The notes below the pieces were generated by a model. That model was not told where the DNA came from and ran no database searches. It worked only from the letters and a program-made list of their open reading frames with translations. The position numbers and the translations under genes were made by a program. Source: Escherichia coli (GTDB lineage: Bacteria > Pseudomonadota > Gammaproteobacteria > Enterobacterales > Enterobacteriaceae). Taken from it: a DNA stretch of 64,000 nt. Of the stretch, positions 33,825 through 45,208 are shown one piece after another (the first letter of the stretch is position 1; every line of letters starts with the position of its first letter). The stretch is from NCBI RefSeq assembly GCF_051903065.1, contig NZ_CP178438.1; one strand, written 5' to 3'.

Positions 33825-34928
33825 GCAAAACAGTTTCCCTCCTCACGCAATCTGGAAAAATTTGGTGAGGCCCGACAAGATTTAACCATAAAAGAACTGG
33901 CTGAAAAATTTCTGGCACTGAAAGAAACTGAAGTCGCCAAAACATCACTCAACACATACCGTGCCGTCATCAAAAATATCCTAAGCATAATCGGTGAAAA
34001 AAATCTTGCCTCATCGATTAATAAAGAAAAATTACTGGAGGTTCGTAAAGAGCTACTGACTGGATACCAGATCCCCAAAAGTAACTATATTGTTACACAA
34101 CCAGGGAGATCGGCTGTAACTGTAAATAATTACATGACAAATCTTAACGCCGTGTTCCAGTTTGGTGTTGATAACGGTTACCTGGCAGATAATCCGTTTA
34201 AGGGGATCTCGCCATTAAAGGAATCAAGAACCATTCCGGATCCTCTTTCGCGGGAGGAATTTATCCGTCTTATCGATGCGTGCAGAAATCAGCAAGCAAA
34301 AAATTTATGGTGTGTTTCTGTTTATACTGGCGTTCGCCCTGGTGAGCTGTGTGCACTTGGATGGGAGGACATAGATCTGAAAAATGGAACAATGATGATC
34401 AGGAGAAATTTAGCAAAAGACCGTTTCACGGTACCAAAAACACAGGCGGGAACCAATCGGGTCATTCATCTTATTAAGCCAGCAATCGACGCTCTCCGGA
34501 GTCAGATGACATTAACGAGACTGAGCAAAGAGCATATCATTGATGTTCACCTCAGAGAGTATGGCAGAACAGAAAAACAAAAATGCACCTTTGTTTTTCA
34601 ACCTGAAGTATCAGCGAGAGTAAAAAATTATGGTGACCATTTTACCGTTGACTCAATAAGGCAGATGTGGGACGCAGCGATAAAACGTGCCGGACTCCGC
34701 CATCGAAAATCATATCAGTCGAGACATACTTATGCCTGCTGGTCGCTGACTGCTGGTGCTAACCCGGCATTTATAGCAAACCAGATGGGCCATGCAGATG
34801 CGCAAATGGTATTTCAGGTATACGGAAAATGGATGTCTGAAAACAATAATGCACAGGTAGCTTTGTTAAATACACAGTTAAGCGAGTTTGCCCCAACCAT
34901 ACCCCATAACGAAGCAATGAAAAATTAA
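33825..34928 (+). pseudogene. intQ: lambda-type tyrosine integrase lacking its N-terminus (5' end replaced by IS1)
   Basis: Frame open from IS1 junction to 34928; C-terminal ...HTYACWSLTAGANPAFIANQMGHADAQMVFQVYGKW... (His/Tyr catalytic region); adjacent to att core. Confidence 0.75.
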
Positions 34929-34965
34929 TTTAATATTTATCAAATAGTTGACACGTATGACTCTT

Positions 34966-34976
34966 GAAATCCATAA
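34966..34976. repeat. att core copy at right prophage junction (attR-like)
   Basis: GAAATCCATAA identical to 5335-5345. Confidence 0.7.
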
Positions 34977-35058
34977 ATTCAAGCGCAGTGCCCAGCCATC
35001 CCGATACTGCTGCTTTCACCAAATCCTTAGTGCTTCTTTCGTGTTTTTCTATTGTCAT
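34966..35058 (-). pseudogene. ydfJ: ydfJ 5' fragment (first ~28 codons) separated from rest of gene by prophage
   Basis: Minus strand from ATG 35056-35058: MTIEKHERSTKDLVKAAVSGWLGTALEF then MDF entering the att core. Confidence 0.7.
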
Positions 35059-35115
35059 AATGGTTATCTCTAAAAAAGAGGTAAGATGCGTACTACTTAC
35101 TCGCCGTTATTGGTA

Positions 35116-36135
35116 TTATTCAGAAAAAGTGAGTAAGACTTTGCAGCAATGTTTTTGATCCTGTTCAAATAAACTAATGGCATCAGCAACATGCTGGAAA
35201 TCAAACGTATGGGTAATTAATTTTTCTGGTTTAATTAACCCTTTACTTAACCAGTCGATAACGACCGGAAATTTATTTGCATTTAAGCGTGAAGAGAAAA
35301 TAGAGAGTTCTTTTCCGGTAATTCCTTGCTGAATCACTTCAGACGGTTCACTGGAGAAGCCCATCAATACAATACGTGCCGCTGGAGAAGCCAGCGTTAC
35401 GGCCTCTTTCAGGATAGAAGGATGACAAGCCGCATCAATAATTAATGTCGGCTTTATGCCTTTTTCAGCGAAAATCTCGCCAAGCGGTGTCTGGCTGTTA
35501 TTAATCACCCAGTCAGCCCCGCTCTCTTTCGCTTTTTCCAGTCGTTCATCAATGCGATCGGCAACAATCACATTTTTAACGTTATAGACGCCTTTTAATA
35601 CCTGAACGATCGTCAGGCCGATTGGACCGGCACCATAAACCAGAACGGTATCATTTTCAGTCGGTTGACCATGTCCGGTTACGTTAGCCGCAATGGTAAA
35701 AGGTTCGATCATCACCGCATATTGATCGGCCACTGCTTCAGGAATTTTCCACGCATTTTTTGCCGGAACCACAGCATATTCACTGAAACCACCGTCAACA
35801 TGCACACCTAATACAGCGAGTGTCGTACAAACGTTCGGCTTACCTATAGAGCACGGATAGCAATGACCACAGCTGACCACCGGATCGACAGCAACACGTT
35901 CACCGACTCTGGCGCTTTCCACACCTTCACCCACCGCATCAATGACGCCAAAGAATTCATGTCCAATGACGCGCGGATATTTCGCAAAAGGATTATGCCC
36001 ACGATAAATATGGCTATCTGAACCACAAATTCCGGCAAGTTTTACTTTTACTCGAACTTCACCCGCTGACGGGGTGGGTATTTCACGTTCGATAATCGCC
36101 AGTTGATTCGGTTTTTCAATTAAAATGCTTTTCAT
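35116..36135 (-). CDS. rspB: starvation-sensing protein RspB (zinc alcohol dehydrogenase family)
   Basis: ORF 35116-36159; start at MKSILIEKPNQL...; GHEFFG and Cys ligand motifs. Confidence 0.9.
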   Translation of the reverse strand: MKSILIEKPNQLAIIEREIPTPSAGEVRVKVKLAGICGSDSHIYRGHNPFAKYPRVIGHEFFGVIDAVGEGVESARVGERVAVDPVVSCGHCYPCSIGKPNVCTTLAVLGVHVDGGFSEYAVVPAKNAWKIPEAVADQYAVMIEPFTIAANVTGHGQPTENDTVLVYGAGPIGLTIVQVLKGVYNVKNVIVADRIDERLEKAKESGADWVINNSQTPLGEIFAEKGIKPTLIIDAACHPSILKEAVTLASPAARIVLMGFSSEPSEVIQQGITGKELSIFSSRLNANKFPVVIDWLSKGLIKPEKLITHTFDFQHVADAISLFEQDQKHCCKVLLTFSE

Positions 36136-36146
36136 TAACTTACTCC

Positions 36147-37361
36147 TTACCAGTTCCACAGCGTGCCATCTTCCAGACGTGCGACTGGTAGATAAGCAGG
36201 TTCATAGGGATATTTCGCCGCCAGCTTTTCATCGAATTCGATACCAAGACCCGGTTTGTCTCCCGGATGCATATAGCCGTTATCGAAAGTCCAGTTGTGC
36301 GGGAAGACTTCGAGCATTTGTTCGGAATAACCCATGTATTCCTGGACACCGAAATTGGGGACCCACAGATCAAAGTGCAGCGCCGCAGCCATGCAGACTG
36401 GTGACAAATCGGAAGGACCGTGTGAGCCAGTACGTACCTGATACAACGAAGCAAAATCGGCAATCCGGCGCATACCGGTAATTCCGCCTGCATGGGTCAG
36501 CGTGGTGCGGATATAATCGATGAGTTGCTCTTCAATCAGTTGTTTGCAGTCCCAGATGCTGTTGAAGACTTCACCCACAGCGATGGGTGTGACGGTATGT
36601 TGGCGAATGAGACGGAAGCATTCCTGGTTTTCCGCAGGCGTCGGGTCTTCCATCCAGAACATGCGATAATCTTCAATGCTTTTACCAAAGCGCGCCGCTT
36701 CAATAGGCGTTAAGCGATGGTGCATGTCATGCAGCAAATGTTCATTAAAACCAAACTTGTTACGTACCGCGTCAAACAATTTCGGCATGAAATCGAGGTA
36801 TTTCTCCGTCGACCACAGCTGCTCTTCCGGCCACTGTCCTTTGGTTGCGGGTTCATAAGCCAGACCTTTACCTTTCGACATGCCGTAGGTGGTTTTCATA
36901 CCAGGGATTCCGCACTGCACGCGGATGGCTTTGAATCCCAGCTCCTGATGACGGGCATAATCATCCAGAGCTTCATCAATACTGTGACCGGTGGTATGGC
37001 AATAAACCATCACCCCTTCACGAGATGCGCCGCCGAGTAACTGGTAAAGCGGCATGTTGGCAGCTTTGGCTTTAATATCCCACAGCGCCATATCAACCGC
37101 TGAAATGGCCGACATCGTAACCGGACCGCGACGCCAGTAAGCACCTTTATAGAAAAACTGCCAGATATCTTCGATACGGTGCGCATCGCGACCAATAAGC
37201 TGCGGACAAAGGTGATCCTGCAAATAAGAGGCCACGGAAAGCTCACGTCCATTGAGGGTGGCATCCCCAAGGCCCGTAATACCGTCCTCAGTGGTGATTT
37301 TTAATGTGACGAAATTACGCCCCGGACAGGTAACAAAAACTTCAGCCTTTACGATCTTCAT
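36147..37361 (-). CDS. rspA: starvation-sensing protein RspA (mannonate dehydratase-like enolase superfamily)
   Basis: ORF 36147-37394; start at [17 protein letters not shown]... Confidence 0.9.
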
Positions 37362-37566
37362 GTTCGATTCCTTGCATCGCTTGTCGTGATGCATGAAATC
37401 TACGCAACTGAGCTACTACCATACAAGTATGAAGATCAAAAAAAGCCAGAGTGATCACAAAAAAAGGCGTATATTTGCGCTGTGAATGGTTGACAAAAGA
37501 TGAAATAGAATACCTTTTATCAGCTGACACTTCCTCGTATCTTATTGATAAAATGGATTTATGTTC

Positions 37567-37893
37567 CTACGTACGCCCCCAGCCCGCAACAATGATCAAC
37601 ATGCCGCAAAGCGCAATCAACGCCCCCGTCCAGTCATAAAGAGTCAGTTTCACGCCATCCACAACGCGCAGCCACATCAACGCCGTGCAGACATAAACGC
37701 CACCATAAGCCGCGTAAACACGCCCACTCGCCGCAGGATGCAACGTTAACAACCAGACAAACAGAGCCAGTGAAATCCCCGCCGGAAGCAACAGCCAGAT
37801 ACTGGCGTTTCGTTTTAACCACAACCAGGGCAGAAAGCATCCAATAATTTCACACAGCGCAGTAGCAAAAAATAGTAACGTTGTTTTAATCAT
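37567..37893 (-). CDS. ynfA: UPF0060 inner membrane protein YnfA
   Basis: ORF 37567-37902; start [18 protein letters not shown]... Confidence 0.85.
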
Positions 37894-38027
37894 CTTTGTC
37901 ACTTATTGACATCATGTATAGTTATAGGGCGACATAATATCATCAATATAAACACCCTCTTGGTACGTTTTGCGTCCGCAGTGGATGGTGTAGAATCACC
38001 TTTAATCATTCACACAGGGAATGAATT

Positions 38028-38369
38028 ATGAAAATCACTCTCAGCAAACGAATCGGCCTGCTCGCTTTTCTGCTGCCTTGCGCACTGGCATTGAGCACAA
38101 CTGTTCATGCCGAAACTAACAAACTGGTGATTGAGTCTGGCGACAGTGCACAAAGCCGCCAGCACGCCGCTATGGAAAAAGAGCAATGGAATGACACGCG
38201 CAATCTGCGTCAGAAAGTGAATAAACGCACTGAAAAAGAGTGGGATAAAGCCGACGCCGCTTTTGATAACCGCGATAAATGTGAGCAAAGCGCCAACATC
38301 AATGCCTACTGGGAGCCCAATACTTTGCGCTGCCTGGACCGTCGAACTGGCCGCGTTATTACCCCCTAA
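38028..38369 (+). CDS. ynfB: secreted protein YnfB (signal peptide)
   Basis: 113-aa [31 protein letters not shown]... Confidence 0.85.
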
Positions 38370-38403
38370 CCTGTTATTGATTTAAGGAATGTAAGGACAC
38401 GTT

Positions 38404-38964
38404 ATGCCAAGCGCCCACAGTGTTAAGCTACGCCCGCTGGAGCGTGAAGATTTACGCTATGTACATCAACTCGACAATAACGCCAGTGTGATGCGTTACT
38501 GGTTTGAGGAACCCTACGAAGCCTTTGTTGAACTCTCTGATCTGTATGATAAGCATATTCACGATCAGAGCGAACGACGCTTTGTGGTGGAATGTGACGG
38601 CGAAAAAGCCGGTCTGGTGGAGTTGGTGGAAATTAACCATGTACATCGCCGCGCAGAATTTCAGATAATTATCTCCCCGGAGTATCAGGGGAAAGGTCTG
38701 GCAACCCGTGCCGCCAAATTAGCAATGGACTATGGCTTCACCGTTCTCAATCTCTATAAGCTGTATCTGATCGTCGATAAAGAGAATGAAAAAGCGATTC
38801 ACATTTACCGCAAGCTTGGCTTTACGGTTGAAGGTGAATTGATGCATGAGTTCTTTATTAATGGTCAATATCGTAATGCCATTCGCATGTGTATATTCCA
38901 GCATCAGTATCTGGCAGAGCACAAAACACCGGGTCAGACTCTCCTGAAGCCGACCGCACAATAG
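38404..38964 (+). CDS. speG: spermidine N-acetyltransferase (GNAT)
   Basis: 186-aa [42 protein letters not shown]... Confidence 0.9.
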   Translation: MPSAHSVKLRPLEREDLRYVHQLDNNASVMRYWFEEPYEAFVELSDLYDKHIHDQSERRFVVECDGEKAGLVELVEINHVHRRAEFQIIISPEYQGKGLATRAAKLAMDYGFTVLNLYKLYLIVDKENEKAIHIYRKLGFTVEGELMHEFFINGQYRNAIRMCIFQHQYLAEHKTPGQTLLKPTAQ

Positions 38965-38966
38965 CA

Positions 38967-39677
38967 TTAATAATAATCGATTGTATTTTTGATGGTGTAA
39001 ACCCGTTCGACGGCGGGTTTTACTCCTTCATCAACAATGATTAGCTGACAGTCCACCGGATTGGCGTGACTGTCATATTCACAGCTCTGTTTTACATTAC
39101 CAACCCGTTGATTGTTCAGTAAAGTAACCGCTGTGTAATCTAATTTTTTGATCGGATCCGTTGATGGCGTGGCGCTGACAGATAATGTTTTGTCGTTACT
39201 TTTCGTGGTTTTACCTAGCGGATACCCCTGATCATCATAGCGATATTCCATCTGCATCTGTTTGCTGCTGGCTTTAATCACGAAGCCATTATCATCGGTT
39301 TCCCAACTCACCCCGGCGGAAGGTAATTCCGCTAGCTGGCATTTTCCCTGTAAACGTACTCTCTTCTCCAGCGTCTCAGCATCACGGTAATAATTGGCGT
39401 CCAGTACCAGAGCGACCACGGTATTATTTTCCAGATCCAGTAATTCGAGTGAATCAAAACAGCCTTCTTCCGACAAAGTCCCCGAAACACGTTTCGTCAC
39501 TTCACCTTGCTCATCCATTAATGTCTGAGTGAAATCTTTTACCGGACCACGCAGCGGATCAAAATCGAATTCATTAGAGAAACTGGCCATCTCAGGGGTA
39601 AATGAAAGTGTTACCTCTGTGCGGTCACATCCTGTGAGGAATATCGCGAGTAAGCATGGTAGTAATTTGTATTTCAC
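38967..39677 (-). CDS. ynfC: lipoprotein YnfC (UPF0257); probable GTG start
   Basis: ORF 38967-39713; lipobox LTGC after KYKLLPCLLAIF. Confidence 0.8.
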   Translation of the reverse strand: MKYKLLPCLLAIFLTGCDRTEVTLSFTPEMASFSNEFDFDPLRGPVKDFTQTLMDEQGEVTKRVSGTLSEEGCFDSLELLDLENNTVVALVLDANYYRDAETLEKRVRLQGKCQLAELPSAGVSWETDDNGFVIKASSKQMQMEYRYDDQGYPLGKTTKSNDKTLSVSATPSTDPIKKLDYTAVTLLNNQRVGNVKQSCEYDSHANPVDCQLIIVDEGVKPAVERVYTIKNTIDYY

Positions 39678-39784
39678 AACAGTCACCAGAGAGTAGAGAT
39701 GATTCTCAATCATAGTAGCAAATACAGTACTTTACACGTTAAATGCTATGCTTAAAGAAGTTATCTTCGCGTAAGGAGCTTATG

Positions 39785-40090
39785 ATGAAACTCTCAACCT
39801 GCTGTGCCGCGCTTCTGCTCGCCCTCGCCTCACCCGCGGTACTCGCCGCGCCGGGATCCTGTGAGCGCATACAGAGCGATATATCACAGCGCATTATCAA
39901 TAATGGCGTACCCGAAAGCAGCTTCACGTTAAGTATTGTACCCAATGACCAGGTTGATCAGCCTGATTCCCAGGTCGTCGGGCATTGTGCTAATGATACG
40001 CATAAAATTCTCTACACCCGCACCACCAGCGGTAACGTCTCTGCTCCCGCGCAGTCTACCCAGGATGGCGCGCCTGCCGAACTGCAGTAA
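39785..40090 (+). CDS. ynfD: secreted protein YnfD
   Basis: ORF 39743-40090; start MKLSTCCAALLLALASPAVLA (signal peptide) with AGGAG upstream. Confidence 0.8.
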   Translation: MKLSTCCAALLLALASPAVLAAPGSCERIQSDISQRIINNGVPESSFTLSIVPNDQVDQPDSQVVGHCANDTHKILYTRTTSGNVSAPAQSTQDGAPAELQ

Positions 40091-40287
40091 TACATTATCG
40101 ACTGAACGCCGGATACGACGCATCCGGCGATTTGAACATATAACATAACCCACCTTATTACTCATACCCTTCTATTGATATGGATTAATAATTCTTAACC
40201 CAAAATGGGTAGACTCCCTCTATTGTTAGCGCGCTAAATATTCAATATATAAACTTTTATATAACGATAAAGAACAGGGAGTGAGTT

Positions 40288-42714
40288 ATGTCCAAAAATG
40301 AACAAATGGTGGGCATCAGCCGCAGAACACTCGTTAAATCTACCGCGATAGGTTCTCTGGCGCTGGCTGCAGGCGGTTTTTCTTTACCGTTTACCCTGCA
40401 CAGTGCAGCAGCAGCGGTACAACAGGCCCGCGAAAAAGTGGTCTGGGGTGCCTGTTCTGTCAACTGTGGTAGCCGCTGTGCACTTCGTCTACATGTTAAA
40501 GATAATGAAGTGACCTGGGTGGAAACTGACAATACCGGCAGCGATGAGTACGGCAACCATCAGGTACGCGCCTGTTTGCGCGGTCGCTCCATCCGCCGGC
40601 GTATTAATCATCCCGATCGCTTGAATTACCCAATGAAACGCGTGGGCAAACGCGGCGAAGGCAAATTCGAACGGATTAGCTGGGATGAAGCCCTGGATAC
40701 TATCGCCAGTAGCCTGAAGAAAACCGTCGAACAATATGGCAATGAGGCTGTATATATTCAGTACTCTTCGGGGATCGTTGGCGGCAATATGACCCGCTCT
40801 TCGCCATCAGCCTCGGCGGTCAAACGCCTGATGAACTGCTACGGCGGTTCACTCAATCAGTATGGCTCCTACAGCACCGCACAAATTTCCTGTGCCATGC
40901 CCTACACCTACGGCAGTAATGATGGCAACAGCACCACGGATATTGAAAACAGCAAGCTGGTCGTGATGTTTGGTAACAACCCGGCAGAAACCCGCATGAG
41001 CGGCGGTGGCATCACTTATCTTCTTGAAAAAGCGCGCGAGAAATCGAACGCCAAAATGATTGTTATCGATCCGCGATATACCGATACGGCTGCTGGTCGT
41101 GAGGATGAATGGCTTCCTATTCGCCCGGGCACCGATGCCGCGCTGGTTGCGGGGATTGCCTGGGTATTGATTAACGAAAATCTCGTTGATCAACCTTTTC
41201 TCGATAAATACTGCGTCGGCTATGACGAAAAAACCTTACCCGCAGATGCACCCAAAAATGGTCACTATAAAGCCTATATTCTTGGTGAAGGTGATGATAA
41301 CACAGCGAAAACGCCGCAGTGGGCTTCGCAAATTACCGGTATCCCGGTGGACCGTATCATCAAACTGGCGCGTGAAATTGGCACAGCAAAACCCGCTTAT
41401 ATCTGCCAGGGCTGGGGGCCGCAACGCCAGGCAAACGGCGAGCTGACTGCACGCGCTATTGCTATGTTGCCTATTTTGACGGGCAATGTCGGCATCAGCG
41501 GCGGAAATAGTGGCGCGCGTGAATCGACCTATACCATTACCATAGAGCGACTGCCGGTGCTGGATAATCCGGTCAAAACGTCAATTTCCTGCTTCAGTTG
41601 GACAGATGCTATCGATCATGGTCCGCAAATGACGGCAATCCGCGACGGCGTCCGCGGCAAAGATAAACTGGATGTGCCCATTAAGTTCATCTGGAACTAC
41701 GCGGGAAATACCCTGGTTAATCAGCATTCTGACATCAACAAAACGCATGAAATTCTGCAAGACGAATCGAAATGCGAAATGATTGTGGTCATCGAAAACT
41801 TTATGACCTCATCGGCAAAATATGCCGACATTCTGCTGCCAGACCTGATGACCGTTGAGCAGGAAGATATTATTCCTAACGACTACGCCGGTAACATGGG
41901 ATATCTCATTTTCCTCCAGCCTGTCACCAGCGAAAAATTCGAACGCAAACCGATTTACTGGATCCTGAGTGAAGTCGCGAAACGTCTTGGACCTGACGTC
42001 TATCAAAAGTTCACAGAAGGTCGTACGCAGGAACAATGGTTACAACATCTGTACGCCAAAATGCTTGCCAAAGATCCGGCGTTACCGTCTTACGACGAAC
42101 TGAAAAAAATGGGTATCTATAAGCGTAAAGATCCCAATGGTCATTTTGTCGCCTACAAAGCATTTCGTGACGACCCCGAGGCAAATCCACTTAAAACACC
42201 TTCCGGTAAGATTGAAATTTATTCCAGCAAGCTGGCGGAAATTGCCCGTACCTGGGAACTGGAAAAAGATGAAGTGATAAGCCCACTGCCAGTTTATGCC
42301 TCTACCTTTGAAGGCTGGGACTCACCTGAACGTAGAACCTTCCCACTGCAACTGTTTGGTTTCCATTACAAATCCCGTACTCACTCGACCTACGGCAATA
42401 TTGATCTCCTGAAGGCTGCCTGCCGTCAGGAGGTGTGGATCAACCCTATAGATGCGCAGAAACGTGGGATTGCCAACGGCGATATGGTGCGGGTGTTTAA
42501 CCATCGTGGCGAAGTTCGGCTACCAGCCAAAGTGACACCACGTATTCTCCCTGGAGTTAGCGCTATGGGCCAGGGAGCCTGGCACGAGGCCAATATGTCT
42601 GGCGATAAAATCGACCATGGAGGCTGTGTGAATACGCTAACCACTCTGCGCCCTTCACCACTGGCGAAGGGAAACCCGCAGCATACGAATCTGGTCGAGA
42701 TCGAAAAAATATAA
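40288..42714 (+). CDS. ynfE: DMSO-reductase-family molybdoenzyme catalytic subunit (putative selenate reductase) with Tat signal
   Basis: 808-aa ORF; twin-arginine motif SRRTLVK; Cys cluster CSVNCGSRC. Confidence 0.9.
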   Translation: MSKNEQMVGISRRTLVKSTAIGSLALAAGGFSLPFTLHSAAAAVQQAREKVVWGACSVNCGSRCALRLHVKDNEVTWVETDNTGSDEYGNHQVRACLRGRSIRRRINHPDRLNYPMKRVGKRGEGKFERISWDEALDTIASSLKKTVEQYGNEAVYIQYSSGIVGGNMTRSSPSASAVKRLMNCYGGSLNQYGSYSTAQISCAMPYTYGSNDGNSTTDIENSKLVVMFGNNPAETRMSGGGITYLLEKAREKSNAKMIVIDPRYTDTAAGREDEWLPIRPGTDAALVAGIAWVLINENLVDQPFLDKYCVGYDEKTLPADAPKNGHYKAYILGEGDDNTAKTPQWASQITGIPVDRIIKLAREIGTAKPAYICQGWGPQRQANGELTARAIAMLPILTGNVGISGGNSGARESTYTITIERLPVLDNPVKTSISCFSWTDAIDHGPQMTAIRDGVRGKDKLDVPIKFIWNYAGNTLVNQHSDINKTHEILQDESKCEMIVVIENFMTSSAKYADILLPDLMTVEQEDIIPNDYAGNMGYLIFLQPVTSEKFERKPIYWILSEVAKRLGPDVYQKFTEGRTQEQWLQHLYAKMLAKDPALPSYDELKKMGIYKRKDPNGHFVAYKAFRDDPEANPLKTPSGKIEIYSSKLAEIARTWELEKDEVISPLPVYASTFEGWDSPERRTFPLQLFGFHYKSRTHSTYGNIDLLKAACRQEVWINPIDAQKRGIANGDMVRVFNHRGEVRLPAKVTPRILPGVSAMGQGAWHEANMSGDKIDHGGCVNTLTTLRPSPLAKGNPQHTNLVEIEKI

Positions 42715-42771
42715 CCCACTACAACCATAAATTCTGGCATGACATTTTGTTTGAAAAGCAATAAGTGAGTA

Positions 42772-45198
42772 ATGATGAAAATCCATACCACAGAGGCGCT
42801 CATGAAGGCTGAAATCAGCCGTAGAAGTCTGATGAAAACCTCCGCACTTGGCAGTCTTGCGCTGGCAAGCAGTGCTTTCACTCTGCCATTTTCCCAAATG
42901 GTCCGGGCGGCACAGGCTCCGGTAGAAGAGAAAGCGGTCTGGAGTTCCTGCACCGTTAACTGCGGGAGCCGCTGTCTGTTACGTTTGCATGTGAAAGATG
43001 ACACCGTGTACTGGGTGGAGTCTGATACGACAGGTGACGACGTCTACGGTAATCATCAGGTTCGAGCGTGTTTACGCGGGCGCTCTATCCGCCGACGGAT
43101 GAATCATCCTGATAGGTTGAAATATCCCATGAAGCGCGTCGGCAAGCGCGGTGAAGGTAAATTTGAACGGATAAGTTGGGACGAAGCCCTGGATACCATC
43201 AGTGATAATCTTCGGCGGATCCTAAAAGATTACGGCAATGAGGCTGTACATGTCCTGTACGGAACAGGTGTAGATGGCGGAAACATCACCAACTCAAACG
43301 TCCCGTACCGTCTGATGAACTCTTGCGGTGGTTTTCTCAGTCGCTATGGCAGCTACAGTACCGCACAGATCAGTGCCGCAATGAGTTATATGTTCGGTGC
43401 CAATGATGGCAACAGCCCGGATGATATCGCCAATACGAAACTGGTCGTTATGTTCGGAAATAACCCGGCAGAAACGCGGATGAGCGGTGGTGGTGTCACT
43501 TACTACGTCGAGCAAGCCCGCGAACGTTCAAACGCACGCATGATCGTCATCGATCCACGTTATAACGACACAGCTGCCGGGCGTGAAGATGAATGGCTGC
43601 CCATTCGCCCTGGCACCGATGGCGCACTGGCCTGTGCGATTGCCTGGGTGCTGATTACTGAAAACATGGTCGATCAGCCATTTCTCGACAAATATTGTGT
43701 TGGTTACGATGAAAAAACGCTGCCCGCCAACGCACCACGTAACGCGCATTATAAAGCCTATATTCTGGGCGAAGGGCCTGACGGCATAGCTAAAACGCCG
43801 GAATGGGCAGCAAAAATCACCAGCATTCCGGCAGAAAAAATTATCCAGTTGGCACGAGAGATCGGTTCAGCAAAACCTGCTTATATTTGTCAGGGTTGGG
43901 GGCCACAACGACATTCCAACGGCGAGCAAACATCCCGCGCTATTGCCATGCTTTCCGTTCTCACCGGTAACGTCGGCATAAACGGCGGCAACTCAGGTGT
44001 ACGCGAAGGTAGCTGGGATCTGGGGGTAGAATGGTTCCCGATGCTTAAGAATCCTGTTAAAACGCAGATTTCCGTCTTTACATGGACAGATGCCATCGAC
44101 CATGGTACGGAAATGACCGCGACCCGTGATGGTGTTCGTGGAAAAGAAAAACTGGATGTCCCCATCAAGTTTTTATGGTGCTACGCCAGTAACACATTGA
44201 TCAATCAACATGGCGACATCAATCACACCCATGAGGTGCTTCAGGATGACAGCAAGTGCGAGATGATTGTTGGCATTGACCACTTCATGACGGCCTCGGC
44301 TAAGTATTGCGATATCCTGTTGCCCGACCTGATGCCAACAGAGCAAGAAGACCTTATCTCTCATGAATCTGCAGGGAATATGGGCTATGTGATCCTCGCC
44401 CAACCCGCAACCTCAGCAAAATTTGAACGCAAACCCATCTACTGGATGCTGAGTGAAGTCGCCAAACGCTTAGGACCGGACGTTTATCAAACCTTTACTG
44501 AAGGTCGCAGTCAGCATGAATGGATCAAATATCTCCATGCGAAAACGAAGGAACGTAACCCTGAGATGCCCGACTACGAGGAGATGAAAACGACCGGGAT
44601 CTTTAAGAAAAAATGCCCGGAAGAACACTACGTCGCTTTCCGCGCATTCCGTGAAGATCCACAGGCAAACCCGTTGAAAACACCTTCGGGGAAAATCGAA
44701 ATTTATTCTGAACGACTGGCGAAGATTGCAGATACCTGGGAATTGAAAAAAGATGAAATTATTCATCCCCTTCCTGCGTATACCCCAGGTTTTGATGGCT
44801 GGGACGATCCCCTGCGGAAAACCTATCCACTGCAGTTAACGGGCTTCCACTACAAAGCGCGTACCCACTCCAGCTACGGCAATATTGATGTGTTACAGCA
44901 GGCCTGCCCACAAGAGGTGTGGATCAACCCCATTGATGCTCAGGCTCGCGGTATCCGTCATGGCGATACCGTGCGGGTATTTAACAATAATGGAGAAATG
45001 CTGATTGCCGCAAAAGTGACTCCGCGTATTCTGCCTGGCGTTACCGCCATCGGGCAAGGTGCGTGGCTTAAAGCGGATATGTTTGGTGACCGGGTCGATC
45101 ACGGCGGCAGTATTAATATTCTGACCTCTCACCGCCCTTCACCGCTGGCAAAGGGAAACCCGTCGCACAGCAATCTTGTCCAGATCGAAAAGGTTTAA
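42772..45198 (+). CDS. ynfF: DMSO-reductase-family molybdoenzyme catalytic subunit, paralog of ynfE, Tat signal
   Basis: 808-aa ORF; SRRSLMK; CTVNCGSRC. Confidence 0.9.
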   Translation: MMKIHTTEALMKAEISRRSLMKTSALGSLALASSAFTLPFSQMVRAAQAPVEEKAVWSSCTVNCGSRCLLRLHVKDDTVYWVESDTTGDDVYGNHQVRACLRGRSIRRRMNHPDRLKYPMKRVGKRGEGKFERISWDEALDTISDNLRRILKDYGNEAVHVLYGTGVDGGNITNSNVPYRLMNSCGGFLSRYGSYSTAQISAAMSYMFGANDGNSPDDIANTKLVVMFGNNPAETRMSGGGVTYYVEQARERSNARMIVIDPRYNDTAAGREDEWLPIRPGTDGALACAIAWVLITENMVDQPFLDKYCVGYDEKTLPANAPRNAHYKAYILGEGPDGIAKTPEWAAKITSIPAEKIIQLAREIGSAKPAYICQGWGPQRHSNGEQTSRAIAMLSVLTGNVGINGGNSGVREGSWDLGVEWFPMLKNPVKTQISVFTWTDAIDHGTEMTATRDGVRGKEKLDVPIKFLWCYASNTLINQHGDINHTHEVLQDDSKCEMIVGIDHFMTASAKYCDILLPDLMPTEQEDLISHESAGNMGYVILAQPATSAKFERKPIYWMLSEVAKRLGPDVYQTFTEGRSQHEWIKYLHAKTKERNPEMPDYEEMKTTGIFKKKCPEEHYVAFRAFREDPQANPLKTPSGKIEIYSERLAKIADTWELKKDEIIHPLPAYTPGFDGWDDPLRKTYPLQLTGFHYKARTHSSYGNIDVLQQACPQEVWINPIDAQARGIRHGDTVRVFNNNGEMLIAAKVTPRILPGVTAIGQGAWLKADMFGDRVDHGGSINILTSHRPSPLAKGNPSHSNLVQIEKV

Positions 45199-45208
45199 GG
45201 AGTAGCCC

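Noticed and set aside
36492-37040. Plus-strand ORFs of 73-107 aa
   Set aside because: Antisense within rspA, which is a confident full-length gene.
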